Made by a program: the position numbers and the translations under genes
In this document: in pieces, positions 25,061 through 39,105 of the stretch
Layout of the letters: every line of letters starts with the position of its first letter
Numbering within the stretch: the first letter of the stretch is position 1
Notes under the pieces: model-generated
The model's input: only the letters and a program-made list of their open reading frames with translations
Told to the model about the DNA's origin: nothing
Database searches by the model: none
Source: Octopus vulgaris
Lineage: Eukaryota
Reading direction: 5' to 3'
Assembly: GCA_951406725.2 (NCBI GenBank)
Contig: OX597815.1
Coordinates: forward strand, 82,212,001-82,276,000
Length of the DNA: 64,000 nucleotides

Positions 25061-28000
25061 GGCGTCCCATATGTCTTCGGCTGTTATCGGCATTTAGCAG
25101 AACTCCGCATCCCTGGCCGAAAGGTACGGCATGCCGGCGTGGTAGGAGGTGAAATCCATCTCCATCCCCGACACACCATGTGCCTCGAACGGTTCGGCGA
25201 AGTGCTGTTGAATTTCCGTACATATCTGCTTGAACTCGTGTCCTGGCCCGACAAAGACCGAATTGTAGCTTTGTTGCCACGTTGCCCTTCTGTCCGGGCC
25301 CATCAAACAGCTTTGTCTCCTCATGTCTTAGAGTATACGCTCTAGCTCTGACAATGCAATCTTCGTGCTTGGCATTGAAAAATTGATCAAGAGTCAATTT
25401 CGCCGCCATCACGTCGGTCGCAAAGCCGCTCCTAAGCGCCTCTTCTAGTTTCCTAACTAGCTCTCCCTCTATCCTAGATTCATTTAAGGCTAGTTCCTTA
25501 ATAAATCCTACTGCCTCTACTCTAATAGCCCCTTCCAGGGCTATCCACCAACGGTTGTTGACGATTGCGCCTACCAGTTTCTGATGGACTAGCTTTCTAA
25601 CCCGGTTTCTGAAAGTTTGATGCACTGGGAAAGACGTGTCCAGCTTCTGGAGCCCTGCCTATGGATCCCGTCTAGGCCAACTGCTTTGGACTGTGGGCAA
25701 CCTATGCTATTCCTATCTACTGGCCTACAGAATATCCTATCTAAATACGATCTGGAAGACTCTGTGTTGTTCGCTCACGTTCATATTGGCGCATTCGGAA
25801 AGTCCAGTCGGTACCTGTCAGCCAATTGGAAACGACTGAGCAGGTTTGTGAGGCTTTTGCAACCCCACTCTCCTATCGGCTAGCCCCACTCATCCAAAAT
25901 AGAGTTCCAATCGCCCACTTGAACTAAAGAGCGAGATGTCCCAAGAAAACATCCAAACGTGTGAAGAAATCTGGCTACCCCGTCCCAGTTGGGGCTTACA
26001 CAGCGACTAGTCTGAAAGCACCAAGTTCACTGCCGTTCAAATCCAGGACCACTAAATTACCTTCCGGTTTCAGGAACATCATCCGTACCTCGAGATCCAG
26101 ATTTTTCCTAAACAGCACTGCTACTCCGCTCCCATTCCAGGCTGACTAAGAGATGCATAGATCTCGAAATCGTTAAAAATGGGGACTAGATCACGTGTGT
26201 AGCAAATCCTGGTTTCATTGACAGCTGTCACAGCCATAGATAGTGACCTGAGGTCGTTGAGTAGGCAACCTTGCTTCCAGAGTGACCCCAGGCCAAGAAC
26301 ATTTATACTACCTACTCTTAAACACCCCATGATGACCGGACGGAATTTACAGAAGACACAAAAGGGCGTCTACTTACCATTCGGGTGTCACTGGAGGTCA
26401 TGTGGCTCAATGTCCATGAGTTGTTGGGGTTCCACGTCTTGCAGAAAGCTCTTCCTAGTGAGTTTATATGCCTCTATAGGCATCCGCACAACACCAATGC
26501 TTCTGGTACTTGAAAGGTGCTGGTGCTAAAGCTCACTCCCTGTATCTCGATATCATTCCTTCGTGATAGGAGGTCTATCAATTGTTTATTTGACCTCCTC
26601 ACTAGCACGAAGTTTGGTGTTAGTGTGGTTGCTTGTTGCTGTTGGGAGTGTTTTCTTTTGGTTGGTTGTTGCAGTTGGGGTAGTGTTGGTGGCGAAGTTT
26701 GTGATTGTGGTGCTGGAGAAGATGATGATGCTGTAGGTGTGTCTGTGGCAGTTCTTTAGTGTATTTTCTGTTTTTTGATGTGTGTGTTGATGTGGGACTT
26801 GATGCCTTTTTGTGATTCCTTTTCGTTTTGTTTTTTTTTTTGCTTTTCTGACTCCCCCCTCATTTTCACTGTGTATTGTCAATGAATCTGAGTCTGTGGG
26901 GTTTGAAGTTGGCGGAGGGATGGAGGGAGTGGGATAACTTCGCTGAGGCAGCCCCTGGGTGCTGTATGTGTTTTTATGTATTACCTCTTCTGCTGTTAAG
27001 GCAAGTAAAGCTAGTGTATCTGTTGGTGTTGCTGGTGTTGTTGGTGCTACTGGCGTTACTGAAGCTACTGGTGTTGTTGCTGTGGTTGGTGTTGCTGCTG
27101 TGACTGATGTTGATGATGTTGCTGGGGTCACTGTTGTTACTAGGGTTACTGTTGATGCTGGTGTTGGTGAGTTTCCTTCGTTTATTGGTTTTGCTCTTCT
27201 TGTTGATGATAATGCCGTTGTTGCCAGGGTTGGTGCTGCTTTTGTTACTGTTCGTTGTTGGTTTGGATGTCGTTGCGGCTTCTGGGGATCTGGTGTTGAA
27301 AGTACGGGGCAACCAAGGCTCCCCGTCTTCTGTTGAGAGCAGAAGACCCTGGAGTGTCCTGTCGCTCCACACAGGTGGTACTATGGCCTTCTACCCTCTA
27401 TTGTGACATGTAATTCTTCTTCTCCTGGAAGGTGAATGAGGTCTGGGATCTTGTGAATAGCTTCTGGATGAATGTGGTGGAGTACCTCCGCACTGGTCCC
27501 AGACCAATTTCCACGTTGTGTCCTTTTGACCACGAGGAGGCTTGTTGCTCCCTTCCAAAACGATCGCTGCGAGAATCCATTACACGTTTACCTCTGGTAG
27601 TATCCCTGCTATCTTTATACGCACCATCTCCTTCCTAAATAGGATAGATGAAGCATATATTAGTGTTTGGCGGCCAGAGCTTCAAATTTAAAGAGCTTTG
27701 AAATGCAATACCCACAAACTGTTTAGCCCTCGAAATATGAAAAATGTCGGGTATTATTTCTTTCAGTGCCCTTTCTACGTCCGCCTGGCTCGCCGTCTCT
27801 GGCCGGTTCCTGATTATAGAGATGCATCTGTACAACACAGCTTTCTTTTTTGATTCTGCTAACACCTCGTGGGGATAGCAACACTGATTGCGCCTTTTCC
27901 AGTCTTATTAACTTAGCTGCCTCAGCTAGACACATGTTTTTCTGAAGCAGATCCATACAAAAATATTCTTTGCTTCTTGCCGCTGTCTCTGCGAAAGATG

Positions 28001-28635
28001 TAGTCTGGTTCATGTTGTCATTAATTACGATGGTATTCGTTGTAGTGGTAGCGGTGATGGAGTTGGTTGTCGTCAAGAAACTGTCACTATGTGATGTTTT
28101 TTGTTTATTAGTTGTAGTGGTGGCGGAGTTGACTGTGGTCTTGATATTGCTGCTACGAGCTGTCTTTTGAGTTGGAGTATATAACAATATAATTAGAGGG
28201 AATTCAGCTTCGTAGTTTGTGATGTCGCTAAGCATGTTCGGATTATTATTTTTTGAAGTGTCTTCAATTTCGTGTGCTAGAATTTGAATCTGCTGTGTGC
28301 TTGCCTCCCCATCTATTTGTGAGTAATAGACGAAGGGCACTGCGGCGTCTTGCACCTCTCTATCTGAAACACTTCTCACCACGTCTTCTACGTTTTCAAC
28401 AAGGCTGGTTTCGCCATATTTGTTTTCTTTTTAAATTAATTTTGAAACAATTATTTTGAGATTAAAGACCCCAAGGGGGGAGGGCGCTAACAACACAAAG
28501 CGATCCACCGGTGCAAAGGTGGTGCTTTAGGAAAACGTTTAGTTGCAAAATAAGCAATTAACAACTTTTGGAAACAAAATTTTGGGAGAAAAACTTGCGA
28601 GTGGACAAACACGTGTATCCCGTCAGGACGACCAC
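25061..28635 (-). mobile_element. L1/Tx1-type LINE 5' half: disrupted ORF1 (about 28382-26370) and ORF2 APE endonuclease plus linker (26330-25061); RT absent
   Basis: ORF2 start MGCLRVGSINVLGL..AVNETRI (APE motifs), GDWN-like and YLDRI motifs, and WW linker; ORF1 has a knuckle-like YHLCGATGHSRVFC and a Thr/Pro-rich tail; multiple stops and frameshifts. Confidence 0.8.
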
Positions 28636-28667
28636 GAATCAATCAATCAAGCAATAATAATAATAAC

Positions 28668-28980
28668 CCTTTCTACTGCAGGCACAAGGCCTGAAAGTTG
28701 AGGGAAGGGATTAAGTCGATTACATCGACCCTAGTGCGTAACTGGTATTTATTTAATCGACCCCGAAAGGATAAAAGGCAAAGTCGACCTCGGCGAAATT
28801 TGAACTCACTATGTAGCAGCATTACCTCCAGCGTGTTAACAATTCTGTCGCCGAGGTCGACTTTGCCTTTCATCCTTTCGGAGTCGGTAAATTAAGTAAC
28901 AGTGAAACAATGGGATCGATATAATCGACTAGTCCCATCCCCTAAAACTTCAGGCCTTGTGCCTTTAGTGGAAAAGATTA
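28668..28980. mobile_element. Inverted pair of SINE family B segments (28668-28810 minus, 28848-28980 plus)
   Basis: Both arms contain the CCGAGGTCGACTTTGCCTTT..AGGCCTTGTGCC segment in opposite orientation. Confidence 0.8.
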
Positions 28981-29184
28981 TTATAATTATTAAAAACAAT
29001 TAATCCAGCATGAATAACGATGTTTCGTCCGTAGAAACATCAAGAATGGAAAATAAAAAAAACAAACATTTTAGGAATCACTGTGTTTAAAAAACCAACT
29101 GTTTCTCAGTCTCCACAGTTTGAGTTGTTCGTGATAAGCATAAATACAGACGCCACATATACATGCATGCATGCATACATACTC

Positions 29185-30934
29185 ACAAGATATGGACAAC
29201 AGTTCTTACCCTTACAACTGAAAACAGAATAATTGTGTCTAATGGTATAGGCATTACAAAGGGAATATTCCAGAGAGATAATCTTTCTGTACTTCTTTTC
29301 ATTTTGACACTGAATCCATTATCGTTCCTACTGCAGAAAACAAATGGTTACATGCTAGGATCTTCAACTGCTAGAAATATCAATGCAACTCATAATTTCT
29401 TTGTAGACGACCTGAAGATTTATGCTAAAAGATTTAACAAAACAAAAAAAAAAAAACAACTGGAATTAATAACAACATTTTCAGCTGATATAGGCATGGA
29501 ATTTGGCTAGAAAAATGTTCATATTTGGTTATAGAACGAGGAAAGTCAGTCCCCCAAACCCCAAACCTGTGCACCAACATTCTCTCTATCTTCCCCATTC
29601 CACACAAAGAATATTATAAGTACCTAGGCATAGACAAAAATGTATCATATGAAGGCACTGTGAATAAAGATAGAGAATGTTTCCCCAGACTTAGGAAAAT
29701 ATGGCAGTCAGAACTCTCCTCTAACAACAAAACAATATCCCACAATGCATTTCCAGTACCAGTGCTGATCCCAACATTTGGGATACTTGATTGGTCTGTA
29801 GAGGAAATCCACTCCATAGATCTCAAACCCCGCAAAATCTTGGCAACAACCAGAAACTTCCACAGAAACAGTGATGTTGACAGGCTCTATCTAAGAAAAA
29901 ACTGAAGGTGATAGAAGCCTGAGATCAGTGCAGACGGCATTCGAATGCCGTATGGTATCATCCAGGCAGCACCTTCTAAACAACAGCTGGAAAAATAAAT
30001 ATATTAATGCAGTCCTGAAAAGTGAAGTGAGCAACATTGTACGAGTTGGCAGTGAACTCCTCAAGAAATACTCACTTCCTGATGATCTATAGAACCCCAA
30101 AATAGCTGGACTCTCATATCTCAGAGAAACCTGGCTGGAAAGCACTCAGCATGCAAAAAAAAAAGCACTCAGCATAAAAAAAGACGATGATGCTCTGAAG
30201 CTTGAAGAAGACAATAGAAATGACACGAAGCGCAGCCTCTCTTGGACACAAGACCACTACATCACACTTTGAAGGCTAAGCGTTTGCAATCCAGGAGCAG
30301 GAGATTGGTACAAAGTACCTAGTGAACAAGAGAGACAGTGACGCTCTTGTAATCCCAAGATGTAACCGCATGTGTAGGCTATGTCATGTTTCTGTCGAAG
30401 ATGTGATTAGCAGCTGTCCTAAAATGTCATCACGGTACTACCTACATGTGCAGCACGATGTTGTTGCTAAAACAATTTACAATGTCATCCGCAAAAAAGA
30501 CTGTCCTGAAATAAACTTAGAAAATCCCTCTGTTACGGAATACATTCATAAACACGAACTCAAGGAATACTTCTGTCAAATGTAAACATAACAGACCGGG
30601 TATTGTTGTCTGGAACAGAGGAGCAAAGGTATGTACCATCATAGAGGTCAACTGCTCTGCAGATATAAATATCTCTTTGAAAATCAAAGAAAAAGAAGAG
30701 ATCTATGGACAACTGCTTGGAAACCTCCAGCTTCTATATCCAGATTATGAATTCATATTCATAGGTTTTGTTAGTAAATGCTTAAAGGAGAATCTGGATA
30801 AACTGGTGTTTTCAGAAAGAGAAATCGACCGGTCAATTCGTACCTTACAAGTGCAATCTGTGAGTGGAACAGTAAAAATATGCAAAACTTTTTTCAAGTT
30901 CTAAAAATGTCTAATAATTAAACAGAAGAGACAC

Positions 30935-30965
<31 letters not shown>

Positions 30966-31230
30966 CATACATACATACATACATACATACATACATACAT
31001 TAAACTCACTAGATGTTTATCGTTTAAATATATATGAGCATGTCTAGATATGCAAGTATATGTACGAGAAGGCATATATAAAACGAAACGTACAAATCTG
31101 CACAAATACATACATACATACAGACTTACAAAAATACCCTATTGTTGGTGTTGAAATTCTAATGAAGGAGCCTTGGATCTAGGTTAGAAACCGGCTCTTT
31201 CTCTTTGACTAGAAATCTTGAAATAAAACT
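29185..31230 (+). mobile_element. R4-clade-like (RLE) non-LTR retrotransposon, 5'-truncated and decayed (RT, CCHC, RLE, 3' UTR)
   Basis: GIFQRDNLSVLLF and FFVDDLKIY (RT), YKYLG, DVDRLY, CRLC..VISSC..QHD, HNRPGIVVW..IIEV; ORF ends at 30904; CATA-type repeats at both ends. Confidence 0.88.
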
Positions 31231-31733
31231 GAGTAATCGCATACATACGTATAAAATATACATACTTATATCCATATCTATGCATCTCCCTATATATATG
31301 CAGAGTGATAGATATAGATAGGTAGATAGATACATAGATAGATAGAAAGAGAGGTAGAGAGAGACAGAGAAAGGAGGACGAAGAAGAAGAAGATGTGCAG
31401 GGAATAGTTTTAGTGAAATACTACAATTGTATAATGAGATAAAATTGCATGAATAATTTTGAGAATATCTCTTACATCTGTATTCCCATAAGTTTGATTA
31501 TTTAAACACTCACACACAAACACACACATACACATATGCAAGCATAATACGCACGCAGCTCATACGCGAGCAGAGTAATTCTGAAGTATATTTAGCAGCA
31601 GGAGACGATAAGACATATATTATTTAATGTTAGAAGTAGAAATGGAAACTTTATTGCAATCATTAAAACCAAGAAGAGATGCAACCGGAAAGTTGCACAT
31701 GCGCAATAATTCCATTATTAGTACATTGTTTCC

Positions 31734-31766
31734 TATATATATATATATACATATATACATATATAC

Positions 31767-31799
<33 letters not shown>

Positions 31800-32077
31800 T
31801 ATGTATATGTATACATATATATATATATATGTATATACATATATATATATGTATATACATATATATATATATATGTATATATATATGTATATACATATAT
31901 ATATATGTATATACATATATATATATGTATATACATATATATATATATACATATATATATACGTATATACATATATATATATGTATATACGTATATATAT
32001 ATGTATATATATATGTATATACATATATATATGTATATACATATATATATGTAAACATATATATATATGTATATACG

Positions 32078-32113
<36 letters not shown>

Positions 32114-32219
32114 CATATATATATGTATATACATATATATGTATATACACATATATATATGTATACATATATACATATATATGTATATACATATATATAT
32201 ATGTATATACATATATATG

Positions 32220-32298
<79 letters not shown>

Positions 32299-32311
32299 GT
32301 ATATATATGTG

Positions 32312-32342
<31 letters not shown>
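31734..32342. repeat. About 600-bp degenerate (TA)n tract with GTATATAC subunits
   Basis: Directly visible. Confidence 0.95.
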
Positions 32343-32599
32343 TGGTTGATCAAAGTAAAATGTTTTTTATTGCCTATTGTTGTTGTTTTCTGTTCATCCC
32401 GATTGAGCTGACTTATGATCAAAAGCATGCGACTGATGACCAACCATTCCGTTCTTCTTAGGTTTATTGCGGTCAACTGTATTTAATATGCTCTTTGCAT
32501 TTTCAAAAGCTGGGTAGGTTTTTGAAGGATTTTTTTTTACCTATTTATATTCGATTTTAATTATAAAGCGATGATAAGATGTTCTTTTGGCATTAATAT

Positions 32600-32940
32600 T
32601 GTTTTCAAATTTTGGCACTAGGCCAGCAAATTTCGGGGCAGTGGTAAGTCGATTACATCGAACTCCAGTGTTCAACTGGAGCTCATTTTATCCACCCCGT
32701 AAGGATGAAAGGCAAAGGCGACCTAGGTGGAATTTAAACTCAGATCGTAAAGAAGGACGAAAAGCCGCTACGCATTTTTCCCAGCGTGCTAGCGATTCTG
32801 CCAGGTCACCATCATCCTTTCGGCGCAAGATCCGAAATTTTTGGGGAGGAGGCCAGTTGATTAAATCGACCCCAGTACACAACTGGTACTTGATTTATCG
32901 ACCCCGAAAGGATGAAAGGCAAAGTCTACCTTGGCGGCTT
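32600..32940 (-). mobile_element. Two tandem SINE family B copies
   Basis: AAGGATGAAAGGCAAAG occurs twice with flanking family-B sequence. Confidence 0.75.
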
Positions 32941-33049
32941 TCGACACTAACATTGATGAAGCAGACATGTCGTTATGTACGATATCCTATAGAAGCATCA
33001 TTGCAGAAAATATATGCAATATATAATGATATCTAACACGTTTATGTAT

Positions 33050-34165
33050 ATTCAAACGTGGGTGGACTTTTCATAGCAGAAGTAGCCTCGGAAGAAATTC
33101 TCCTCGAAACCATAGCTCTGATATATAAGAACAGCAAGCAATAATGCATTATTATATTAATGTTGCTTAGAAAGGGAAATATAAGTACAAATAGCGTAGG
33201 AGTCACCTACGTAAAGAAAATCCAATTCCTGTGCCATTTGTATTCCAGTCAGGCAATGCACTTGGTGGAAATTCTATGTTGCCAATACGAGGAGATCTAG
33301 GTTGTAAGAGCGATGATGTTCTTGAGGAAACTGAAGCTGTCAACGAGGACTAACCAGCTGGTCGATTTCGGAAGACTATCGAGTAGGAGAATACCATGGA
33401 TAACTTCTTGAAATTCTTGACAATGTTGTGCTACCGAGTGGCACTATAAATTCGAGTACAGGCCCGAAATTACCGCCAGGCGGGACTATTGAAGATGCGT
33501 GCAAAGCGACGTACCTTACTATATGCATTCGTGCAGTGTCCGACATTGCTGATTATGTTTAACAACTGTTATCGAAAGCGTATATGATTAATTTAGCCAT
33601 TGACCGAGTCCATCGTGAGGATCGACCTATTTCTCGCCTTTACCAAGCTGAAGCAGACAGTGTTCCAGTGGCAATGACGAAAGAGATTATGTGTTGGACA
33701 AGGCGGGAAGGAATCAGGAAAAACATCTTCCTCTTCAACGAAGCCTTCATCGACATCTTAAGGTTCTTTTTAGAAAGAAAAGTGAGGATAGAGAGAGATG
33801 AGTTCTCTTTCAGCGAATTTGTCAAAAAGTGGGTGACTGGCAAAAATACTTTAGGTGACTGGGCCTGCTCTAAGCATGCACATTTAGACTGGAGAACAAA
33901 AGTGAGGCAAGGATTTGTCATTTTGGTGGGCAGGCTAATCCTGGCTCTGTGGGGTTCTTTGATTGTCTCTCATTGGAGGTTTTCTTGTATTAGCAGATTG
34001 CATTATACATAGGTTCCCATATTTTTTATACCATGTATACTTTTACCTATTTTCCATGTTTTTCTCTTTTAGCCCTTCGTCTTTCATGTAACTCTCCTCA
34101 CAAATTGTAAACTATCCTTGTAATATCCCCATCATCTGATGCCCTTGTGGAAAATAAAAGAAATC
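33050..34165 (+). mobile_element. Degenerate L1/Tx1-type LINE 3' fragment
   Basis: VAMTKEIMCWTRREG..FFLERKVRIERDEFSFSEFVKKW aligns with the peptide at 24468-24743; ends GCCCTTGTGGAAAATAAAAGAAA. Confidence 0.7.
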
Positions 34166-34407
34166 GTCATCGTTATCATCATCGTCATCATTATTAGGGA
34201 CGGTGTATTGACAGCGTCAGTAGAACATGAGACAACTTGAATTGAAACATTTCTTCTCAGAATGTCCATAGTTCAAATCGCCAGATAAAGCGCCAGCTAA
34301 AGAAAGATGTCGATGTGTTAGACTATTCCAATCCTCTCAAATTTGCTGGTCTTGTGCTTAATTTAGAAAGCTACTACTACTACTACTACTACTACTACTA
34401 TTGCTGC

Positions 34408-34441
<34 letters not shown>

Positions 34442-35569
34442 GCCGTTGCTGCTGCTGTTGCTGGGGTTCTTGGTAGAATCAATATTTTGTTACATCTGAA
34501 AATGCACTTGGGTCGATTTTTTTTCTTTCATTGTTTCTTCGGTATCGATAAATCAAATAGCTACATATAAGGTGATCAGCTGAATCGACCATACCCTCGA
34601 CCAAAATATATGAACTCGTAACTTGTTAAAACTTATTACTAAAACGTGGGGTTCCAAAGTTGTTATGTTAGCCTCTATAGAATTTTGTTTGCTTCTTACC
34701 TCCATTCCATCTGCTTAATTTATAAAAAATAAATGTTTCATTTACTCTATTAAACTGTAGAAACCCTATGGCATTACATAATTTTGAATATTTTGTATTA
34801 ATTTGCATCCTCATAACAACTGTTACAGTTTGTTTTTACAGTATATTCGGTTCATTTTGCCTCATAGTGAAGCCTTAAACGTTTATAATTTCATCCCGTA
34901 CATAAATTTTAGACGTTACCATACAAATTAACTCACTTGTCTGTTGCATACAGCCATTGCTCGTAATCATGTACACGCATTGACATTAGTAAACATATCC
35001 AGATAAACATATGTAAATGATAGACACACGCTTGCACACACATCGTATTATATATTTAAGAACATTAGCGTAATATAATAAGGTAGAATGGAGTTGGTTA
35101 AAACAGCAGGGTTCTGGAATAAATTCCTGTGGTTTGTACTATACCTATCAATGTTTAATTACCTGCATCTCCACTACGATTCCAGTTGAAATTCTACCAT
35201 GATTTATAATGTTTTTTTCACTGCTCTGTAGTCGATAAAGTAAATATTATTATTATTGCTATTTATTTTGTCAATCATGGTTGTTTTAATTGATTTACCA
35301 TACTGCTTCCTGTTTCTTCAATGTGTTAGAAATAGCAGCTAAATATCCCTCATATCACACCCTACCGCGTTTGAAATGAAGGAAAGACATTGAATAATTT
35401 AATCTCATATATTTTAAGTCCGAAAAAGCATGGAATGGCCATGGTTGGAAAGTCTTTTGGTCATATATCTACAAGAACAAAGTTGGGCAGTGATTAGATA
35501 GCAGTAACAACAACGAAAATCAGCCAATATTATTCTGGTTTGAAAACTGAAAGAAACTTGCAATTTAAA

Positions 35570-36030
35570 GGCGGCGAGGTGGCAGAAACGTTAGCACGCC
35601 GAGCGAAATGCTAAGCATCCTTGTCTCCTCTGTGTTTGGCCCCTTGTGGGTAGTAAAGAAATAGGTATTTCGGCTGTCTTCATATTCTGAGTTCAAATTC
35701 CGCCAAGGTCGACTTTGCCTTTCATCCTTTCGGGGTCGATAAATAAAGTACCAGTTACGCACTGGGGTCGATATAATCGACTTAATCCGTTTGTCTGTCC
35801 TTGCTTGTCCTCTCTGTCTTTAGCTCCTTGTGGGTAGTAAAGAAATGAGTATTTCGTCTACCGTTACGTTCTGAGTTCAAATTCCACCGAGGTCGACTTT
35901 GCCTTTCATCCTTTCGGGGTCGATAAATAAAGTACCAGTTACGGACTGGGGTTGATGTAATCGATTCAATCCTTTTGTCTGTCCTTGTTTGTCCCCTCTA
36001 TGGTTAGCCCCTTGTGGGCAATAAAGAAGT
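35570..36030 (+). mobile_element. SINE family B multimer with 19-bp target-site duplication
   Basis: AAGAAACTTGCAATTTAAA at 35551-35569 and 36031-36049; internal units restart at G(G/A)TATTTCG-like junctions. Confidence 0.9.
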
Positions 36031-37123
36031 AAGAAACTTGCAATTTAAATGAAGTCAGTCATAGAAAGTATAACTATTTTCTACCAAAAAATGGCTCTGT
36101 AAGTTGCAAATAAATAAAAATACGAAATAAAATGATTTAAGTATAAAGTAATTATTGAATTGAGGTCAGTGTTATCTGCTAGGTCCACCAGTCTATTTGA
36201 CCTGGTTAGTAGATTGGTAGACATAATGCGTTTCAGTTTTGTAATTCGAAGTTCTGATTTTAATAGATCGTAGCTTACATCACCTTTTGACATTAATCTT
36301 TTTCTGTAATATATTGGAACCGATTTAATATCTTCTTGCAAAATCTAGAATAAAGCAAGAGAAGTATATCTATGTGCTTAGTCGCGAGTTATTAGTAGTA
36401 GGATGGATGAATTTCACACACTCTTTCCTTTCATTCATTAATTTTTCTTTCATCCATCTTCTTTCTTTCTTTCCTTCTTTTCTCTAAATCGTTTACAATG
36501 GGAAAAGGTTTCGTATGTGTTTTGGGATTTAGTGTCAATGCTCCTCACTTTGGGTGTCTTCTCTCATAGTTCCGAATCGACGAAAACATTGTCAGTACAA
36601 TTTTGGAGAAGGAAGGTGCGTGGAAGCCGCTAGAAGTAACTGCTACTTTTCTTCGATGTTCCCAAGTTGTTGATTAGTTTTTCACCGTGACACTAAAATG
36701 ATATCCCTTGGTGAAAGCTTGGATTGGGGACATGATGTTCTTGTATCGCTTAAACGCCAGAAGCTTCCTCTCAACCTCGTTGGTATGGCCCAAAGTAGTG
36801 TAGGAAAGCACAGTTAGCACATGTTTTACTGTAAGAGTCGAACATTTAGCTACATTAAAATTTAAAGTCAAATACTAAAATGCAAATGGATTCCTCTGTT
36901 GATTTCGACGAAGTTGCCACATTATCTTCCTATTTCGTAAATCACAGACCGAATAATTTTGATACAGCATGGACCTTTAAACTGCAGGTACGAAGTACAA
37001 TCTACTGAGCTAGCTTCCATAATTTCGTCAACCTAGTTTCACTCAAATGTTTTGGGTCCGACTTGAAGTAGTGGGCTCTTGTCAATGATCTCTCTCTCTT
37101 ACACATTTACACAAACATGTGTG

Positions 37124-37155
<32 letters not shown>

Positions 37156-37267
37156 AACGCAAACGTAATTTCACTCCACTCCCCACACAACACACTCACA
37201 CGCACCCACATGCTAGTAAGTGGATCCACGGCCGATCTTGACGATCCCTACCGATTCATTGTTAGCA

Positions 37268-37505
37268 CAGTGGTTTCCAACCGGGGTCCATACGACTTTT
37301 GGTGGCTAAACTTTATTAGCAATAAATTGTTTATACTTCTACAATACACAATATATTTTAACAATTTTTTTTCATACAATTCTTAATAATATTTAATTAG
37401 AAAAATGCAGTATGATTTTTTAAAATTCGAATGGCTATGGAAGCCCAGTAGGGTAAAAATAGGAACCAAAAGGGTCCATAGGCTAAATATGGTTGAGAGC
37501 TTCTG
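37268..37505. mobile_element. hAT-like MITE
   Basis: Ends CAGTGGTTTCCAACC and GGTTGAGAGCTTCTG with subterminal GGGTCCATA repeats; no clear 8-bp TSD. Confidence 0.6.
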
Positions 37506-37641
37506 TGTCATCGTGTCAGTGGATGAGTATAACCCTAAGGCAGAATTAGAGTGATATAGCGAGACAAGATATAAAAATAGATAAAACCTACACAGATTCC
37601 GTCTATCCAGTCTCACCCAGAAGAAAAAGTTTAGTCTTAAT

Positions 37642-37840
37642 CTTTTATTTGTTTCAGTCATTTGACCGCGGCCATACTGGAGCACAGCCTTTAGTCGAAC
37701 AAATCGACCCCAGGACTTATTCGTTGTAAGCCGAGGACTTGTTTTATCGGTTATTTTACCGAACATCTAAGTCACGAGGACAAACACACCAGCATCGGTT
37801 GTCAAGCGATGTTGTGGGGGGGGGGGGAAACATAGACACA
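37642..37840 (-). mobile_element. SINE family A 3' half
   Basis: TTGTTTCAGTCATTTGACCGCGGCCATACTGGAGCAC similarity. Confidence 0.78.
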
Positions 37841-37847
37841 AACGTAC

Positions 37848-37960
<113 letters not shown>

Positions 37961-38105
37961 AATACATTTGGAATTCTATACAAACAAAAAGGTACACACA
38001 CTCACACAGACCAACAGACACGTACACACTACAAACATACTTGCATATACATCCACACACTTGCATACATACACACATATACATACACTACATTCACATT
38101 CCTCC

Positions 38106-38148
<43 letters not shown>

Positions 38149-38562
38149 TCATATATATATATACACAAATACATTTGCAATTATATACAAACAACAAGAC
38201 ACACACTCACTCATATACACGGACATATACCGCAGAGTCATACATATATAGGTATAGTCACGCGAACAAACACATACGTGAACATACACATACGCATACA
38301 CATCTACGCCCACATCCACCCACCAGAACACACCCAAAGACACAGATACAACCTTCAAATACACACCCAACCCCACAGTAAACCACAAAATGTACAAGAA
38401 TGCATCTGCTGAAATAAGAGAAATGCAGTTTGATTCAGTCGGCTACTGTGCACCAACTGCAGCTGATTGCATTATCAATTCCACTACTACTGCAGATATT
38501 ATTCTTCTTGTATCAGCAATCTATCTTCCACTCACCTCCAACCACTCTCTCCCTCCCACACG

Positions 38563-38699
38563 CTGCTGCTGCTGCTGCTGCTGTTGTTGTTGTTGTTGTT
38601 GTTTGCAACTGTTGCTGCACTTACTGCAAAACTTGCAGTTCCATTCAACGATGAAGCCTAATGGATACTGCAATTCATAGTGTTGCAACTGCAACTTCG

Positions 38700-38767
<68 letters not shown>

Positions 38768-38914
38768 GTTGCTGCTGCAGTTGGTGCAGCTGCTGCTGCA
38801 ACTACTACTATTAACACTAACACCACTACCAACACCACCATCACCACCACCACTACTACTACCACCCCTACTACTACTACTACTACTGCTACTACCACCA
38901 CCACTACTACTACT

Positions 38915-38972
<58 letters not shown>

Positions 38973-39105
38973 ACACCACCACTATTACCACCGCCTACAA
39001 CCACGCACCACCACCACCATCACCCCCACTATCACCACCACTACCTCTACTACTAGTGCTACTACTATTACTGCTGCTGTTGCTACTGTCACTACTGCTG
39101 CTGCT
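38563..39105. repeat. Compound trinucleotide repeats (CTG/TTG/CTA/CCA)
   Basis: Directly visible. Confidence 0.9.

Noticed and set aside
26586-27372. Mucin-like Thr/Pro-rich host protein
   Set aside because: It lies between the ORF1 knuckle and the APE start of the LINE, so it is the low-complexity ORF1 tail.
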